Virus record (IMG/VR): IMGVR_UViG_3300042863_002514
Coordinates: 1-64,000 of that record
Origin: an uncultured virus (IMG/VR IMGVR_UViG_3300042863_002514)
Taxonomy: Duplodnaviria; Heunggongvirae; Uroviricota; Caudoviricetes
Length of the DNA: 64,000 nt
Direction: 5' to 3' (one strand)
The notes beneath the pieces were generated by a model. It saw nothing but the letters and a program-made list of their open reading frames with translations, searched no databases and was not told where the DNA came from. Position 1 is the first letter of the stretch, and every line of letters begins with the position of its first letter. This document shows positions 1 through 10,080 of this stretch, piece after piece. The position numbers and the translations under genes are program-made.

Positions 1-271
1 CTCGGTTGGTGTTCCAACAAATACTTTTGTCTACATCTTGATAGTAGCCGTCAAACAATGCTCGCACAAGATTTTTTCTGCGACTCACTGGTACTTCTGT
101 TCGCATACCAGGACTGTCTACACTAGTTTCAATCACTCCTCGAACCATAGTGGCTAGTGGATCAGTAATACTGGCATGCATCACTGGATTCTGTCGCAAA
201 ATGCTGCTTAGCAAGGTGCTTCCGCTCCGTGGTAGCCCGCTTATCATGTGATAGTGTTTTTCAGTTGTCAT
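1..271 (-). CDS. Sulfotransferase (partial; runs off window start)
   Basis: Not in the ORF track; translated by hand as MTTEKHYHMISGLPRSGSTLLSSILRQNP... GLPRSGSTL is the 5'-PAPS-binding motif. ATG at 271 overlaps the end of the upstream ORF. Confidence 0.85.
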   Translation of the reverse strand, partial: MTTEKHYHMISGLPRSGSTLLSSILRQNPVMHASITDPLATMVRGVIETSVDSPGMRTEVPVSRRKNLVRALFDGYYQDVDKSICWNTNR

Positions 272-1616
272 TTTGTTGTTTTTCTCGTAGAGTTGTTTTA
301 ATAATTTCACCTGCTCTCTGCAATGGTGTAGACCAACACCCTGGAGTCTGTTGCTTCAGTACACGTAAGCTTTTTGAATACCATGGCGTGCTCTCGTCAG
401 TATGTGTGCTGGTCCAAACATAATATTCCAAAATAGGCACACACACAATCCCAGGCACTCCCATACTGGCGGCTGCATGTATTATACTAGTACAACTGCT
501 GAGCACAATATCCATTTGACTGAGATAGTCCAGTGTGTCGTCCCAGGAGTTGATCCTGGCTCGAAGATTATGGCATCTCTCGTGCGTGTGCTGTAGATCA
601 AAATTGTAGATTTCAACATCCGAGGGTATCACACTCAGCATCTGCTCCAAAGGAATACAGCGATAAATGTCCTGCTCAAAATAAGGGTTGCCTTGACATT
701 TTACCCCAACACGTAGTTTTTTTGACGCAGGCAGTTTGGTATGAGGTTGGCCAGACGCTGTGAGATAAGGCCCTTTCCAAAGGTCTTGTTCGCCAACACC
801 CAAATCAATAGGCAAGTTCATGAGATAAGTCCAGGGCTGATGAACATCAATCTCCTCCTCATTCACCAACACTTCAAATCCATGTCGGCGGAACACTTGG
901 GCTAATCCAGGGCGGTCTAATATGCTGAAAAGTTTTGGTTGCATACCCAAGTTTTTGAGATGGTTGAAGAACCTGATGTTGATGAGCTCGTCACCAGCTC
1001 CTCCGCAGGCATTCACATAGAGAGTTTGGCCTGGCACCTTCACTCCATTCCAAATTCTCATTCCTTTGATGTCAAAAACAGTTGTGCGATCTCTGTCCGT
1101 GTGTAGGAACCACCGAATTCCTTCAGCAGTTTGTCCAGCTCGGAGCAGTGGATGAGTGTCAGTTATGCGCAGATTCTCGCACTGGTCAGCTGTGACCCAA
1201 GGCTGACACTTCAAATCATTTATTACTCTTTCGCTCTCGCCACGCTCACCATTTAACTTCAAACTGGCAGCATAACTCACTATAGCGTCAAAGTCATTTG
1301 GGCGCATTTCCAAATTTATCTTATTGTAAAATAATGCTTTTTCTGGCTGATTTGCACGATAATAGGCTTTGCCTAAGTTCACTCTTGCTACATAAGATTC
1401 TTCAGGTGTAGTGCACATACCTGCAACAGTTTCAGCACACTTGACAGCCAAGTCTGTATGACCAATCTTTAGGCTCACTGTGCCCAAAGTTTCCAGCTCT
1501 AGCAGTGTTTGCGCTCTGGGCCAATAATGGTCCAAGAGTTGAAATGCCAGTGGATGATTTTCCTGTTTGGCCAACTCCAGTGCTGTGGTTTTCACATGCT
1601 CAAATGTTGAGCTCAT
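261..1616 (-). CDS. TPR-containing glycosyltransferase-like protein (GT-B/GT9-like C-terminus)
   Basis: N-terminal TPR-like helices (VNLGKAYYRANQPEKAL), then GAGDELINIRF and DIVLSSCTSIIHAAASMG motifs typical of TPR-GT9-like proteins. Confidence 0.7.
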   Translation of the reverse strand: MSSTFEHVKTTALELAKQENHPLAFQLLDHYWPRAQTLLELETLGTVSLKIGHTDLAVKCAETVAGMCTTPEESYVARVNLGKAYYRANQPEKALFYNKINLEMRPNDFDAIVSYAASLKLNGERGESERVINDLKCQPWVTADQCENLRITDTHPLLRAGQTAEGIRWFLHTDRDRTTVFDIKGMRIWNGVKVPGQTLYVNACGGAGDELINIRFFNHLKNLGMQPKLFSILDRPGLAQVFRRHGFEVLVNEEEIDVHQPWTYLMNLPIDLGVGEQDLWKGPYLTASGQPHTKLPASKKLRVGVKCQGNPYFEQDIYRCIPLEQMLSVIPSDVEIYNFDLQHTHERCHNLRARINSWDDTLDYLSQMDIVLSSCTSIIHAAASMGVPGIVCVPILEYYVWTSTHTDESTPWYSKSLRVLKQQTPGCWSTPLQRAGEIIKTTLREKQQNDN

Positions 1617-1619
1617 GGG

Positions 1620-2162
1620 TTACTTTACTACCACTAACTGAATGTAGACTTCGTCGATTATGTTACAGTGCTGTTCAAGATACTGCTCTACCTGTTCTTT
1701 AGGTTGCCCCACAAATTGATCTTTGTATTTTTCCATGGGTCGCAAGCTGTAGTCCACCACCTCAAAATCCACATTGTAGCGTTCGGCAAGCCTACTGGCA
1801 TGTGCACCTTGCTTGCGTGCCAATTGGTTGTATTTGCAGCCAAACAAGCGCAAGCCATCTACAGTGACTGGGCGTTTGTGCGTGGGGTCGCTGAAGAAGT
1901 CATCACTGCGGTGATGAGGTACATGAATATGTACTCTTGCCCCAGGTTTGCACACTCGATAAATTTCCTGCAGACAGTGAAAATACCCCTCGCCCAAGTG
2001 CTCTAACACATGAGTGGCTCTCAACACATCTACACTGTTGGTGGGAAATGGGAAAATGTCTTTTTCAAGGTCAAAACAAAAATCAGGATTGCAGTTGGGA
2101 TCGTAGTCACAGTGCACATATCCATCAATCCTGTCTTCACCTGCGCCAATATAGATTTTCAT
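1620..2162 (-). CDS. Class I SAM-dependent methyltransferase
   Basis: IGAG motif I, HVLEHL, EIYRVCKPG and DPTH motifs. Confidence 0.8.
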   Translation of the reverse strand: MKIYIGAGEDRIDGYVHCDYDPNCNPDFCFDLEKDIFPFPTNSVDVLRATHVLEHLGEGYFHCLQEIYRVCKPGARVHIHVPHHRSDDFFSDPTHKRPVTVDGLRLFGCKYNQLARKQGAHASRLAERYNVDFEVVDYSLRPMEKYKDQFVGQPKEQVEQYLEQHCNIIDEVYIQLVVVK

Positions 2163-3763
2163 TGTGATTTCTCCAAAAGCTGTCCATTCAACATCAGTGC
2201 GGCAACGCTGTCATTGGTTTCAAAAAATCTCAAACTCTGTTCAGGAGTTTCCATAATGGGCTCTCCAGCGCCATTCAAGCTGGTGTTGCACAGCACAGGA
2301 ACGCCTGTCAATTGATGGTAACAAGTGAGCAGTTGGTGCAACTGGGGATTTTGTTCAGCTGTAACAGTTTGCGGGCGTGCACTGTTGTCCACATGACACA
2401 CTGCTGGAATCAGTTGCGGCTTCAGCACTTGTGCAGTGTAAAGCATGTAGGGGCTCGAGGGTATTGGCAAGGAGAACCAATCGTGGGCGTGTTCCTGCAA
2501 CACCACAGGCGCAATAGGTCGAAACCATTCTCTGTTTTTCACTGCGAAATTTATTTTCTCACGCATGTGATAGCTTTGTGCATCAGCCAAAAGACTTCTG
2601 TGGCCCAGTGCTCGAGGCCCATATTCGCTTCTGCCCCAGTGCCAGGCCACTATAGCTCCTTGAGCCAGTAGCTCACAAACTCTAGTGTAGTCCACAATGG
2701 AGGTAGTGTTTTGAGAAGGTCCCAAATAACATAAATTCTGCGGTTGATAATTTTGCCTTGGTAAGTCAAACAAATGGTGCGCTACCCAAAGAGCGGCGCC
2801 CACCGCATTGCCGTCATCGCCACATGCAGGAAAGTGATGAATGCCCTCCCAAAGCTTGCTTTCAGCTATCCGGCTGTTCAAGATGCAGTTCAGCATGCTG
2901 CCACCACTGAGGCATAACTGTCGTTGCGGATAAATTTGGTGCAGTGTAGCTAGTGTTTCCAGAACACTCTTCTCCAGTAGCTCTTGAATAGTAGCAGCCA
3001 AATCACTGCTTTCCTTGTGTGTGAGCTCATGTGGGTGCTTGGCAATGAGTTTTTCCCACACATTGCTCCAGAACTTCCTGTATTCCAACTCAGCGTGTTC
3101 TTGAACACTGAACCATTGTTTTTTCAAAATCTCATCAAAAATAGGGCCAGTGAGTGATTTACCATAACTGCTGAGTCCCATGGTGGTGCCTGCCTTGCTG
3201 TAGGCTGGGGAGAAACCCAACAGCTCGGTGAAGATGGCATACCCAATACCTGAGATGAGTGTTGGGCACATTTGAGCTTGAAGCTTAGTGCCTTCACCAA
3301 AAAACACCATGTTGTTGTCGCCAAGTTCGCCAAAACTGCTGTCTAAGCTGAAACAAATGGCCTTATCAAAATTGCTAGTGTAGTAGGCACTGCTGGCATG
3401 CGCCAAATGATGTGGCAGCACATACACTGGTATTTTGTGGCTGCCGAGGAAAACACCTGTAAGCGTTCGCACGTCGTTGTTGTAGAGTGAGTAGGCAGTT
3501 CTCTCCACAGTGTTGCCATCACTGTCATATAGTGCCAAGACACCGTTGCTGTGGTTGGCCTTGTAGTCAGCCAATGCTATGCAACTGATGTCCTCAGGTT
3601 TAAGTGAAGCTTCCTGAAGTATAGCCTCAATTGTTTTGTTGGTTACACCAAAAGCCTTTTTTTCTCTAGTAACACGTTCTGTTCCCAAAGCTGCTGTTAA
3701 TCTGCCATTTTTCACAACTGCCACAGCACCGTCGTGAGAAAAATTCATTCCCAATATGTTCAT
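2159..3763 (-). CDS. O-carbamoyltransferase (NodU/CmcH/TobZ family)
   Basis: SHDG, HHLAHASSAY, LSGGSMLNC, GDDGNAVG, EYGPRALGHRS, KNREWFRPIAP, HVDNSARPQT and NTSLN motifs. Confidence 0.93.
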   Translation of the reverse strand: MNILGMNFSHDGAVAVVKNGRLTAALGTERVTREKKAFGVTNKTIEAILQEASLKPEDISCIALADYKANHSNGVLALYDSDGNTVERTAYSLYNNDVRTLTGVFLGSHKIPVYVLPHHLAHASSAYYTSNFDKAICFSLDSSFGELGDNNMVFFGEGTKLQAQMCPTLISGIGYAIFTELLGFSPAYSKAGTTMGLSSYGKSLTGPIFDEILKKQWFSVQEHAELEYRKFWSNVWEKLIAKHPHELTHKESSDLAATIQELLEKSVLETLATLHQIYPQRQLCLSGGSMLNCILNSRIAESKLWEGIHHFPACGDDGNAVGAALWVAHHLFDLPRQNYQPQNLCYLGPSQNTTSIVDYTRVCELLAQGAIVAWHWGRSEYGPRALGHRSLLADAQSYHMREKINFAVKNREWFRPIAPVVLQEHAHDWFSLPIPSSPYMLYTAQVLKPQLIPAVCHVDNSARPQTVTAEQNPQLHQLLTCYHQLTGVPVLCNTSLNGAGEPIMETPEQSLRFFETNDSVAALMLNGQLLEKSQ

Positions 3764-3766
3764 AAC

Positions 3767-4597
3767 TTAGTATAATAGCCATTTGTCCTGAGAAATCAAA
3801 TAATCACGTAAATGTAAATATCCCTTCATCATGGTGTGAAATTTCAATAATTGCCCTTGCATGGTGTTTTTGTTGTAGTCAATTTTTTCCAAATGTTCAA
3901 AGTAGAAGAGGCATTCTTGTTCGCTGAGATACAAAGGTGCGTTGTACCAACCATGAAATCCCAATGCTGAGGTGTAACCAGTGAGCACTTCTGCACAGAA
4001 TTTTAAGCTGATATGTGCTGGAGCGAATCGAATGTTGTAGGCAGTTTCAAGGTAATTCTGGTTGAGCAGTGTAATCACAGCATCCTCACTGATGAAGGGC
4101 GTGTTGTGATTGGGGGTGTAGTTCCGGGTTTTGATCTGGGGATCTTCAGCTAGGATTTTGAGGAGGCGACGGCTTCGCAAGCTTAATCCTCCGCCACAGG
4201 TGAACCAATCTGCGTTTTTAAATTCTTGGTAGTGGCCACTGGCTTGCAGGCTGCCTTTCATTGGCGGAAATTCAGGATGCGAGAGGCTGCCCACGTAATC
4301 ATATTCAAAATATTCATCAGTCCAGGCTTTGGGGTTTGTGGCTATGCCATCATAGTGTGCTATCAACACAAAATCAGTGTTGATGTAGCTGTGCATGCTC
4401 TTGAGGCAGAAATCACAGTATTCCAGCATGCCAAAGTTTTCTGGAATTGGATATTGTGTATGGGGTTGTGCAAGAGTTAATGGTTGATCTGACACCACAA
4501 TTGTGGTGGTGATCGGTGTAGAGGCAAGGGTTTTTTGAAGTGAGAAACTAGTGAGTTCGTGCTGGATGTTTGTGATGGTGAATAGAGTAAGGGTCAT
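3767..4597 (-). CDS. DUF5672-like protein (putative glycosyltransferase-like)
   Basis: HYDG...W..EY..YDYVG, GGGLSLRSRRLL, SED and FGFHG-like (LGFHG) motifs. Confidence 0.7.
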   Translation of the reverse strand: MTLTLFTITNIQHELTSFSLQKTLASTPITTTIVVSDQPLTLAQPHTQYPIPENFGMLEYCDFCLKSMHSYINTDFVLIAHYDGIATNPKAWTDEYFEYDYVGSLSHPEFPPMKGSLQASGHYQEFKNADWFTCGGGLSLRSRRLLKILAEDPQIKTRNYTPNHNTPFISEDAVITLLNQNYLETAYNIRFAPAHISLKFCAEVLTGYTSALGFHGWYNAPLYLSEQECLFYFEHLEKIDYNKNTMQGQLLKFHTMMKGYLHLRDYLISQDKWLLY

Positions 4598-4629
4598 CCA
4601 GTAAGCTTAGTTGGCGATTTGACTGTGTG

Positions 4630-5979
4630 CTAGTTATAGCACTGGAGAATTGCAGCCGTCATGGAACCGGCCGAAGTTTGACACCACGCGGTGCTGCTGC
4701 TTATTTCTCTCACCGGACTTGAGCGATTGGTAACAGTGTTATCTCCTAACACACCGCAATCGTTAAATCCCCAAGTCCAAAGTGTGCCATCTGTCTTTAT
4801 TGCAGTGTTGTGATTACTACCAGCTGAAGTTTGACACCAAGTGGTGGAATTGGTGATTTCTCTCCCTGGACTTGATAGTAGACCTGTGTTGTTGATTCCT
4901 AACTGCCCACACTGGTTAAATCCCCAACTCCAAAGTGTGCCATCTGTTTTTATTGCACTAGTCCAGGCGCTTGCCGAAGTTTGACACCAAGTGGTGCTGC
5001 TGCTTATTTCTCTCACCGGACTTGAGCGATTGGTAACAGTGTTATCTCCCAACTGCCCACACCTATTACACCCCCAACTCCAAAGTGTGCCATCTGTCTT
5101 TACTGCACTGATGGTAATACCTTTACCAGCTGATGTTTGACGCCAAGTGGTGGAACTGGTGATTTCCCTTACAGGACTTGAGCGATTGGTAACAGTGGTG
5201 TCTCCTAACATACCGCAATAGTTATTTCCCCAACTCCAAAGTGTACCATCTGTTTTTAATGCACTGGTGTGAAAACTACCACTTGATGTTTGACACCAAG
5301 TGGTTGAACTGGTGATTTCTCTCACTGGACTTGAGCGACTTGTAACAGTGTTATCTCCCAATCTGCCACACCCGTTATATCCCCAAGTCCAAAGTGTACC
5401 ATCTGTTTTTAATGCACTGTTGTGAGAATTACCAGCTGAAGTTTGACACCAAGTAGTTGAACTGGTGATTTCCCTTACAGGACTTGAGCGACTTGTAACA
5501 GTGTTGACTCCCAACTGACCCTGGACATTGTATCCCCAAGTCCACAGTGTGCTATCTGTTTTTATTGCACTAGTGAAGGCGCTGCCTGCCGAAGTTTGAC
5601 ACCAAGTGACAGAACTGGTGATTTCTCTCACTGGACTTGAGCGACTTGTAACAGTGTTGTCTCCTAACGGACCGCATATATTACGACCCCAAGTCCACAT
5701 CTGTCTAAGAGGCCAATCTCGACGTAAAACCCTACCATCCAATCCCACCCATGAAGTACAAGTGGATATTACAGGTACACAAATACTTTTGACAAAAACT
5801 GTTTGACCAAAACCTATGCACTTTGTAGCTAGGTCAGGTAAGTCTGATACTGTGTTAACAACAAAACTAATGCCAACTCCAGCAGCACTGGTTTGGGCTG
5901 CTAACAAAGGAAAACAAACACTGTCGCAAGCAGTTATTAATGAGTCAATACTAGTTTGGATTTCAGAGGGTGTTGGCAT
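4630..5979 (-). CDS. RCC1-repeat 7-bladed beta-propeller protein, N-terminal class C (copy 2)
   Basis: Seven ~51-aa repeats WxWGxNxxGxLGDNTVTxRSSPVREITSSTTWCQTSAG...KTDGTL; the N-terminus carries VPVIS...WVGLDGR. Confidence 0.9.
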   Translation of the reverse strand: MPTPSEIQTSIDSLITACDSVCFPLLAAQTSAAGVGISFVVNTVSDLPDLATKCIGFGQTVFVKSICVPVISTCTSWVGLDGRVLRRDWPLRQMWTWGRNICGPLGDNTVTSRSSPVREITSSVTWCQTSAGSAFTSAIKTDSTLWTWGYNVQGQLGVNTVTSRSSPVREITSSTTWCQTSAGNSHNSALKTDGTLWTWGYNGCGRLGDNTVTSRSSPVREITSSTTWCQTSSGSFHTSALKTDGTLWSWGNNYCGMLGDTTVTNRSSPVREITSSTTWRQTSAGKGITISAVKTDGTLWSWGCNRCGQLGDNTVTNRSSPVREISSSTTWCQTSASAWTSAIKTDGTLWSWGFNQCGQLGINNTGLLSSPGREITNSTTWCQTSAGSNHNTAIKTDGTLWTWGFNDCGVLGDNTVTNRSSPVREISSSTAWCQTSAGSMTAAILQCYN

Positions 5980-5992
5980 GTTCTGTCTCCAT

Positions 5993-7333
5993 TTACTTCA
6001 AGGCACTGGTGTGAAAACCACCAGCTGATGTTTGACGCCAAGTGGTGGAACTGGTGATTTCCCTTACAGGACTTGAGCGATTGGTAACAGTGGTGTCTCC
6101 CAACTGACCAGAGCCATTGCCGCCCCAAGTCCAAAGTGTGCCATATATTTTTAATGCACTGGTATGTATCCACCCGACAGAAGTTTGACACCAAGTGGTG
6201 GAACTGGTGATTTCCCTTACAGGACTTGAGCGATTGGTAACAGTGGTGTCTCCCAACTGACCAGAGCCATTGTATCCCCAAGTCCACAGGGAGCCATCTG
6301 TTTTTATTGCAGCGGTATGGATACCAGCTGAAGTTCGACACCAATTGGTGCTGTTGGTAATTTCTATGTTTGGATTTGAACTATTAGTGATGGTGTTGTT
6401 TCCCAGCTGGCCCGACCCGTTTTCTCCCCAAGTCCAAAGTGTGCCATTTGTTTTTATTGCAGCAGTATTCGTAGGGCCTGCTGAAGTTTGACACCAAGTG
6501 GTTGAACTGCTACTTTCTCTCACTGGACTTGACTTAGCCGTAACAGTGTTGTCTCCCAACTGACCCCAACCGTTCCAGCCCCAAGTCCAAAGTGTGCCAT
6601 CTGTTTTTAATGCACTGGTATGGCTGCCGCTGTTAAACCCGCCTGACGAAGTTTGACACCAAGTAGTTGAGCTGGTGATTTCTCTCACTGGGCTTGAGCG
6701 ACTAGTGACAGTGTTGTTTCCCAGCGTACCACAGGATGCATTTCCCCAACTCCAAAGTGTGCTATCTGTTTTCAATGCGCTTGTGTGGGCATTACCAGCT
6801 GAAGTTTGACACCAAGTGGTTGAGCTTGTGATTTCCCTTACAGGACTTGAGCGACTTGTAACAGTGTTATCTCCCAACTGACCAGAGACATTGTAGCCCC
6901 AAGTCCACAGTGTGCTATCTGTTTTTATTGCACTAGTCCTACCACCGTTGGCAGCGGCGGCTGAAGTTTGACACCAAGTGGTGGAACTGGTGATTTCTCT
7001 CACTGGACTTGAGCGACTAGTGACAGTGTTGTCTCCTAACCGACCACACCCGTTAAAGCCCCAACTCCAAATTTGGTTTAGGGGAGTAGTACCTATAACA
7101 CCCCATCCCGTAACTGTGGCCACATACAGTGAGGTATTCAACACAACATAATACAATTCACCCACATTTGCGGCGGCTGTTGGTAAATCAGTCACTGCGT
7201 TCACCACATACACCTTGCCGCTTCTCAACTGCTGCAATACCTTGCTGTAGTAAAACAAATCCTGCTCATTAGTAGTGCTGGATATTTTTTGCTGCATTGT
7301 GAACACTAGATTAGCTACATTGATGGTAGACAT
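5993..7333 (-). CDS. RCC1-repeat protein, N-terminal class B (copy 2)
   Basis: Seven RCC1 repeats. ATG at 7333 forms a TGATG overlap with the upstream stop. N-terminus QQKI...DLFYYSKVLQQLRSG. Confidence 0.9.
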   Translation of the reverse strand: MSTINVANLVFTMQQKISSTTNEQDLFYYSKVLQQLRSGKVYVVNAVTDLPTAAANVGELYYVVLNTSLYVATVTGWGVIGTTPLNQIWSWGFNGCGRLGDNTVTSRSSPVREITSSTTWCQTSAAAANGGRTSAIKTDSTLWTWGYNVSGQLGDNTVTSRSSPVREITSSTTWCQTSAGNAHTSALKTDSTLWSWGNASCGTLGNNTVTSRSSPVREITSSTTWCQTSSGGFNSGSHTSALKTDGTLWTWGWNGWGQLGDNTVTAKSSPVRESSSSTTWCQTSAGPTNTAAIKTNGTLWTWGENGSGQLGNNTITNSSNPNIEITNSTNWCRTSAGIHTAAIKTDGSLWTWGYNGSGQLGDTTVTNRSSPVREITSSTTWCQTSVGWIHTSALKIYGTLWTWGGNGSGQLGDTTVTNRSSPVREITSSTTWRQTSAGGFHTSALK

Positions 7334-8694
7334 CAAAGGAATCCTTTGCAGGTTAGGATTTTTAAGGCACTAATATGGGCAGATGCCGAAGTTTGAAACC
7401 AAGTAGTAAAACTGCTGATTTCTCTTACTGGACTTGAGCGACCAGTTGTTGTGTTGTCTCCCAACTGACCATACTGGTTCCGGCCCCAATTCCAAAGTGA
7501 ACCATCGGTTTTCAATGCACTGACTGTCTGATTTCTGGAAGTTGAGGTTCGACACCAATTATTGCTGCTGGTGATTTCTCGCCCTGGTACTCCAGTACAT
7601 GCGGTGGTGTTGTTTCCCAACACACCACAACTGCCGTACCCCCAGGTCCAAAGTGTGCCATCTGTTTTTACTGCGGTGCCGGCATTGGAACCTGAGGCAG
7701 TTTGACACCAAGAAGTACTAGAGAGGGCTTCTCTCACTGGACTTGATCTATTGGTTGAGGTTCCGTCTCCCAATGTACCGCAGAAATTGCGTCCCCAAAC
7801 CCACAATGTGGAGTCTGTTTTCACTGCACTGGATACTTGACTTCCAGGGGAAGTTTGGCACCAATTGGTGGAACTGGTGATTTCTCTCACTGGACTTGAC
7901 CGCGTATTGGTGGAGTTGTCTCCTAACTGACCCCAAATACCACATCCCCAAGTCCATAGTGAACCATCTGTTTTAACTGCACTAGCTATGCTCGCACCAA
8001 AGGCAATTTGGCACCAATTGCTGCTGCTGCTGATTTCTCTTACCGGACTTGAGCGACTTGTTGTTGTGTTATCGCCCAACTGCCCACAGAGATTGAGTCC
8101 CCACACCCAAAGTGTGCCATCAGTTTTTATTGCACTAGTGGGACTATTACTACCAGCCGCAGTTTGGCACCAATTACTGCTGCTGCTGATTTCTCTTACG
8201 GGACTTGAGCGACTTGTTGTTGTGTTGTCTCCTAACGAACCACCCGTGTTATAGCCCCAACTCCAAAGCGAGCCATCTGTTTTTATTGCACTGGTGTGAC
8301 CACCACCAGCCGAAGTTTGACACCAATTGCCGCTGTTGCTGATTTCTCTCACCGGACTTGACCGACAAGTAACAGTGTTGTCTCCCAACTGACCAAACCC
8401 ATTGGCTCCCCAAGAAAAAACGCTGGGTTCAACACGCTGCACGATGCTTCGAAAGTCTGTTGTCCAACAAATGCCATCACTGACGCGATACTGGCAAGTG
8501 TCTTGTAGATACACCATCCTTCCTTGATTCAAGGTCGCAGTGGGCAAAGCAGCGAGATTGGAAAAAGAAACCACTGCTTGAGTGTCGAGAATACATTGTG
8601 CACCCTGCAACTGACAACAGCTTAATGGAGTAAGCCCACCTGCTGCCAAACGTGAAGTAATTTGTGTTTGTAGTGTTTTTGCTGATGTGGTCAT
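7333..8694 (-). CDS. RCC1-repeat protein, N-terminal class A (copy 2)
   Basis: Seven RCC1 repeats. Likely ATG at 8694 (MTTSAK). N-terminus AALPTA..N.GR...YRVSDGICWTTDF. Confidence 0.9.
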   Translation of the reverse strand: MTTSAKTLQTQITSRLAAGGLTPLSCCQLQGAQCILDTQAVVSFSNLAALPTATLNQGRMVYLQDTCQYRVSDGICWTTDFRSIVQRVEPSVFSWGANGFGQLGDNTVTCRSSPVREISNSGNWCQTSAGGGHTSAIKTDGSLWSWGYNTGGSLGDNTTTSRSSPVREISSSSNWCQTAAGSNSPTSAIKTDGTLWVWGLNLCGQLGDNTTTSRSSPVREISSSSNWCQIAFGASIASAVKTDGSLWTWGCGIWGQLGDNSTNTRSSPVREITSSTNWCQTSPGSQVSSAVKTDSTLWVWGRNFCGTLGDGTSTNRSSPVREALSSTSWCQTASGSNAGTAVKTDGTLWTWGYGSCGVLGNNTTACTGVPGREITSSNNWCRTSTSRNQTVSALKTDGSLWNWGRNQYGQLGDNTTTGRSSPVREISSFTTWFQTSASAHISALKILTCKGFL

Positions 8695-8695
8695 G

Positions 8696-10069
8696 TTATT
8701 GCGGAACAACTAATATAGTTTTAATAGCACTAGTATCCACTTTACCAGCCGAAGTTTGACACCAAGTGGTGCTGCTGGTGATTTCTCTCACTGGACTTGA
8801 TCGATTGGTAATAGTGTTGTCTCCCAACTGACCACACAAATTGCCTCCCCAAGTCCAAAGTGTACCATCTGTTTTTAATGCACTGTTATTGACACAACCA
8901 GCCGAAGTTTGACACCAAGTGGTGCTGCTGGTGATTTCTCTCACTGGACTTGAGCGACCAGTTGTTGTGTTGTCTCCCAACTGACCACACCCGTTAGAGC
9001 CCCAACTCCAAAGAGCGCCATCTGTTTTTATTGCAGACGCGTGCCGATATCCAACTGATGTTTGACACCAAGTAGTGCTGCTGCTGGCTTCTCTCACTGG
9101 ACTTGACCGGTTTGTTGTTGTGTTGTCTCCCAACTGCAAACCTCCTCCCCAACTCCAAAGTGTGCCGTCTTTTTTTATAGCACTAGTGCTTATACCACCA
9201 GCTGAAGTTTGACACCAAGTGGTGCTGCTGGTGATTTCTCTTACAGGACTTGACTTACTTGTAGCAGTGTTGTCTCCCAATCGACCATAGCCGCCGGAGC
9301 CCCAACTCCAAAGTGTGCCATCTGTTTTTACTGCACTGGCAGTATAATTACTGGATGCTGTTTGACACCAAGTGGTGCTGCTGGTGATTTCTCTTACTGG
9401 GCTTGAGCGATTGGTAATAGTGTTGTCTCCCAACTGACCAGAGGCATTGCTGCCCCAACTCCAAAGTGAACCATCTGTTTTTATTGCATGTGTACTTCTG
9501 TTATCAGACGTAGTTTGACACCAAGTGGTGCTGCTGGTGATTTCTCTTACAGGACTTGACTTACTTGTAGCAGTGTTGTCTCCCAATCGACCGTAGTTGC
9601 CTCTGCCCCAACTCCAAAGTGTGCCATCTGTTTTTAATGCACTGGTATGATAAAAGCCAGCTGAAGTTTGACACCAAGTGGTGCTGCTGGTGATTTCTCT
9701 TACTGGGCTTGAGCGATTGGTAATAGTGTTGTCTCCCAATCGACCGTTGTTGTTGCCGCCCCAACTCCAAAGAGCTCCTCCCACTGTAGGAGTGAAATTC
9801 CTGCCATCAAAACCAATCCAACAGCCATTGAGGCTCACTACGGGCACAAGTGCATCGCACAAAAAAACAACATGCCCATTTGGTAACCCAGTTGAACAAC
9901 TGCAACCAAATAAGGTATCTATGCTGATGAAACTACTCCGATTACTGTCAACAGCGTCTTGTGATGCTGCTGCTAACACCACATCCATACTGCATGTGAG
10001 TGTGCCACTTGAGCATATTTCGCTCACCACAGAGTTGAGAAGTGTTGCACAGCAGAGGTTATTGGCCAT
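8696..10069 (-). CDS. RCC1-repeat protein, N-terminal class C (copy 1)
   Basis: Seven RCC1 repeats; Cys-rich N-terminus with VPVVSLNGCWIGFDGR. Confidence 0.9.
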   Translation of the reverse strand: MANNLCCATLLNSVVSEICSSGTLTCSMDVVLAAASQDAVDSNRSSFISIDTLFGCSCSTGLPNGHVVFLCDALVPVVSLNGCWIGFDGRNFTPTVGGALWSWGGNNNGRLGDNTITNRSSPVREITSSTTWCQTSAGFYHTSALKTDGTLWSWGRGNYGRLGDNTATSKSSPVREITSSTTWCQTTSDNRSTHAIKTDGSLWSWGSNASGQLGDNTITNRSSPVREITSSTTWCQTASSNYTASAVKTDGTLWSWGSGGYGRLGDNTATSKSSPVREITSSTTWCQTSAGGISTSAIKKDGTLWSWGGGLQLGDNTTTNRSSPVREASSSTTWCQTSVGYRHASAIKTDGALWSWGSNGCGQLGDNTTTGRSSPVREITSSTTWCQTSAGCVNNSALKTDGTLWTWGGNLCGQLGDNTITNRSSPVREITSSTTWCQTSAGKVDTSAIKTILVVPQ

Positions 10070-10080
10070 CTTGCGCTTCC

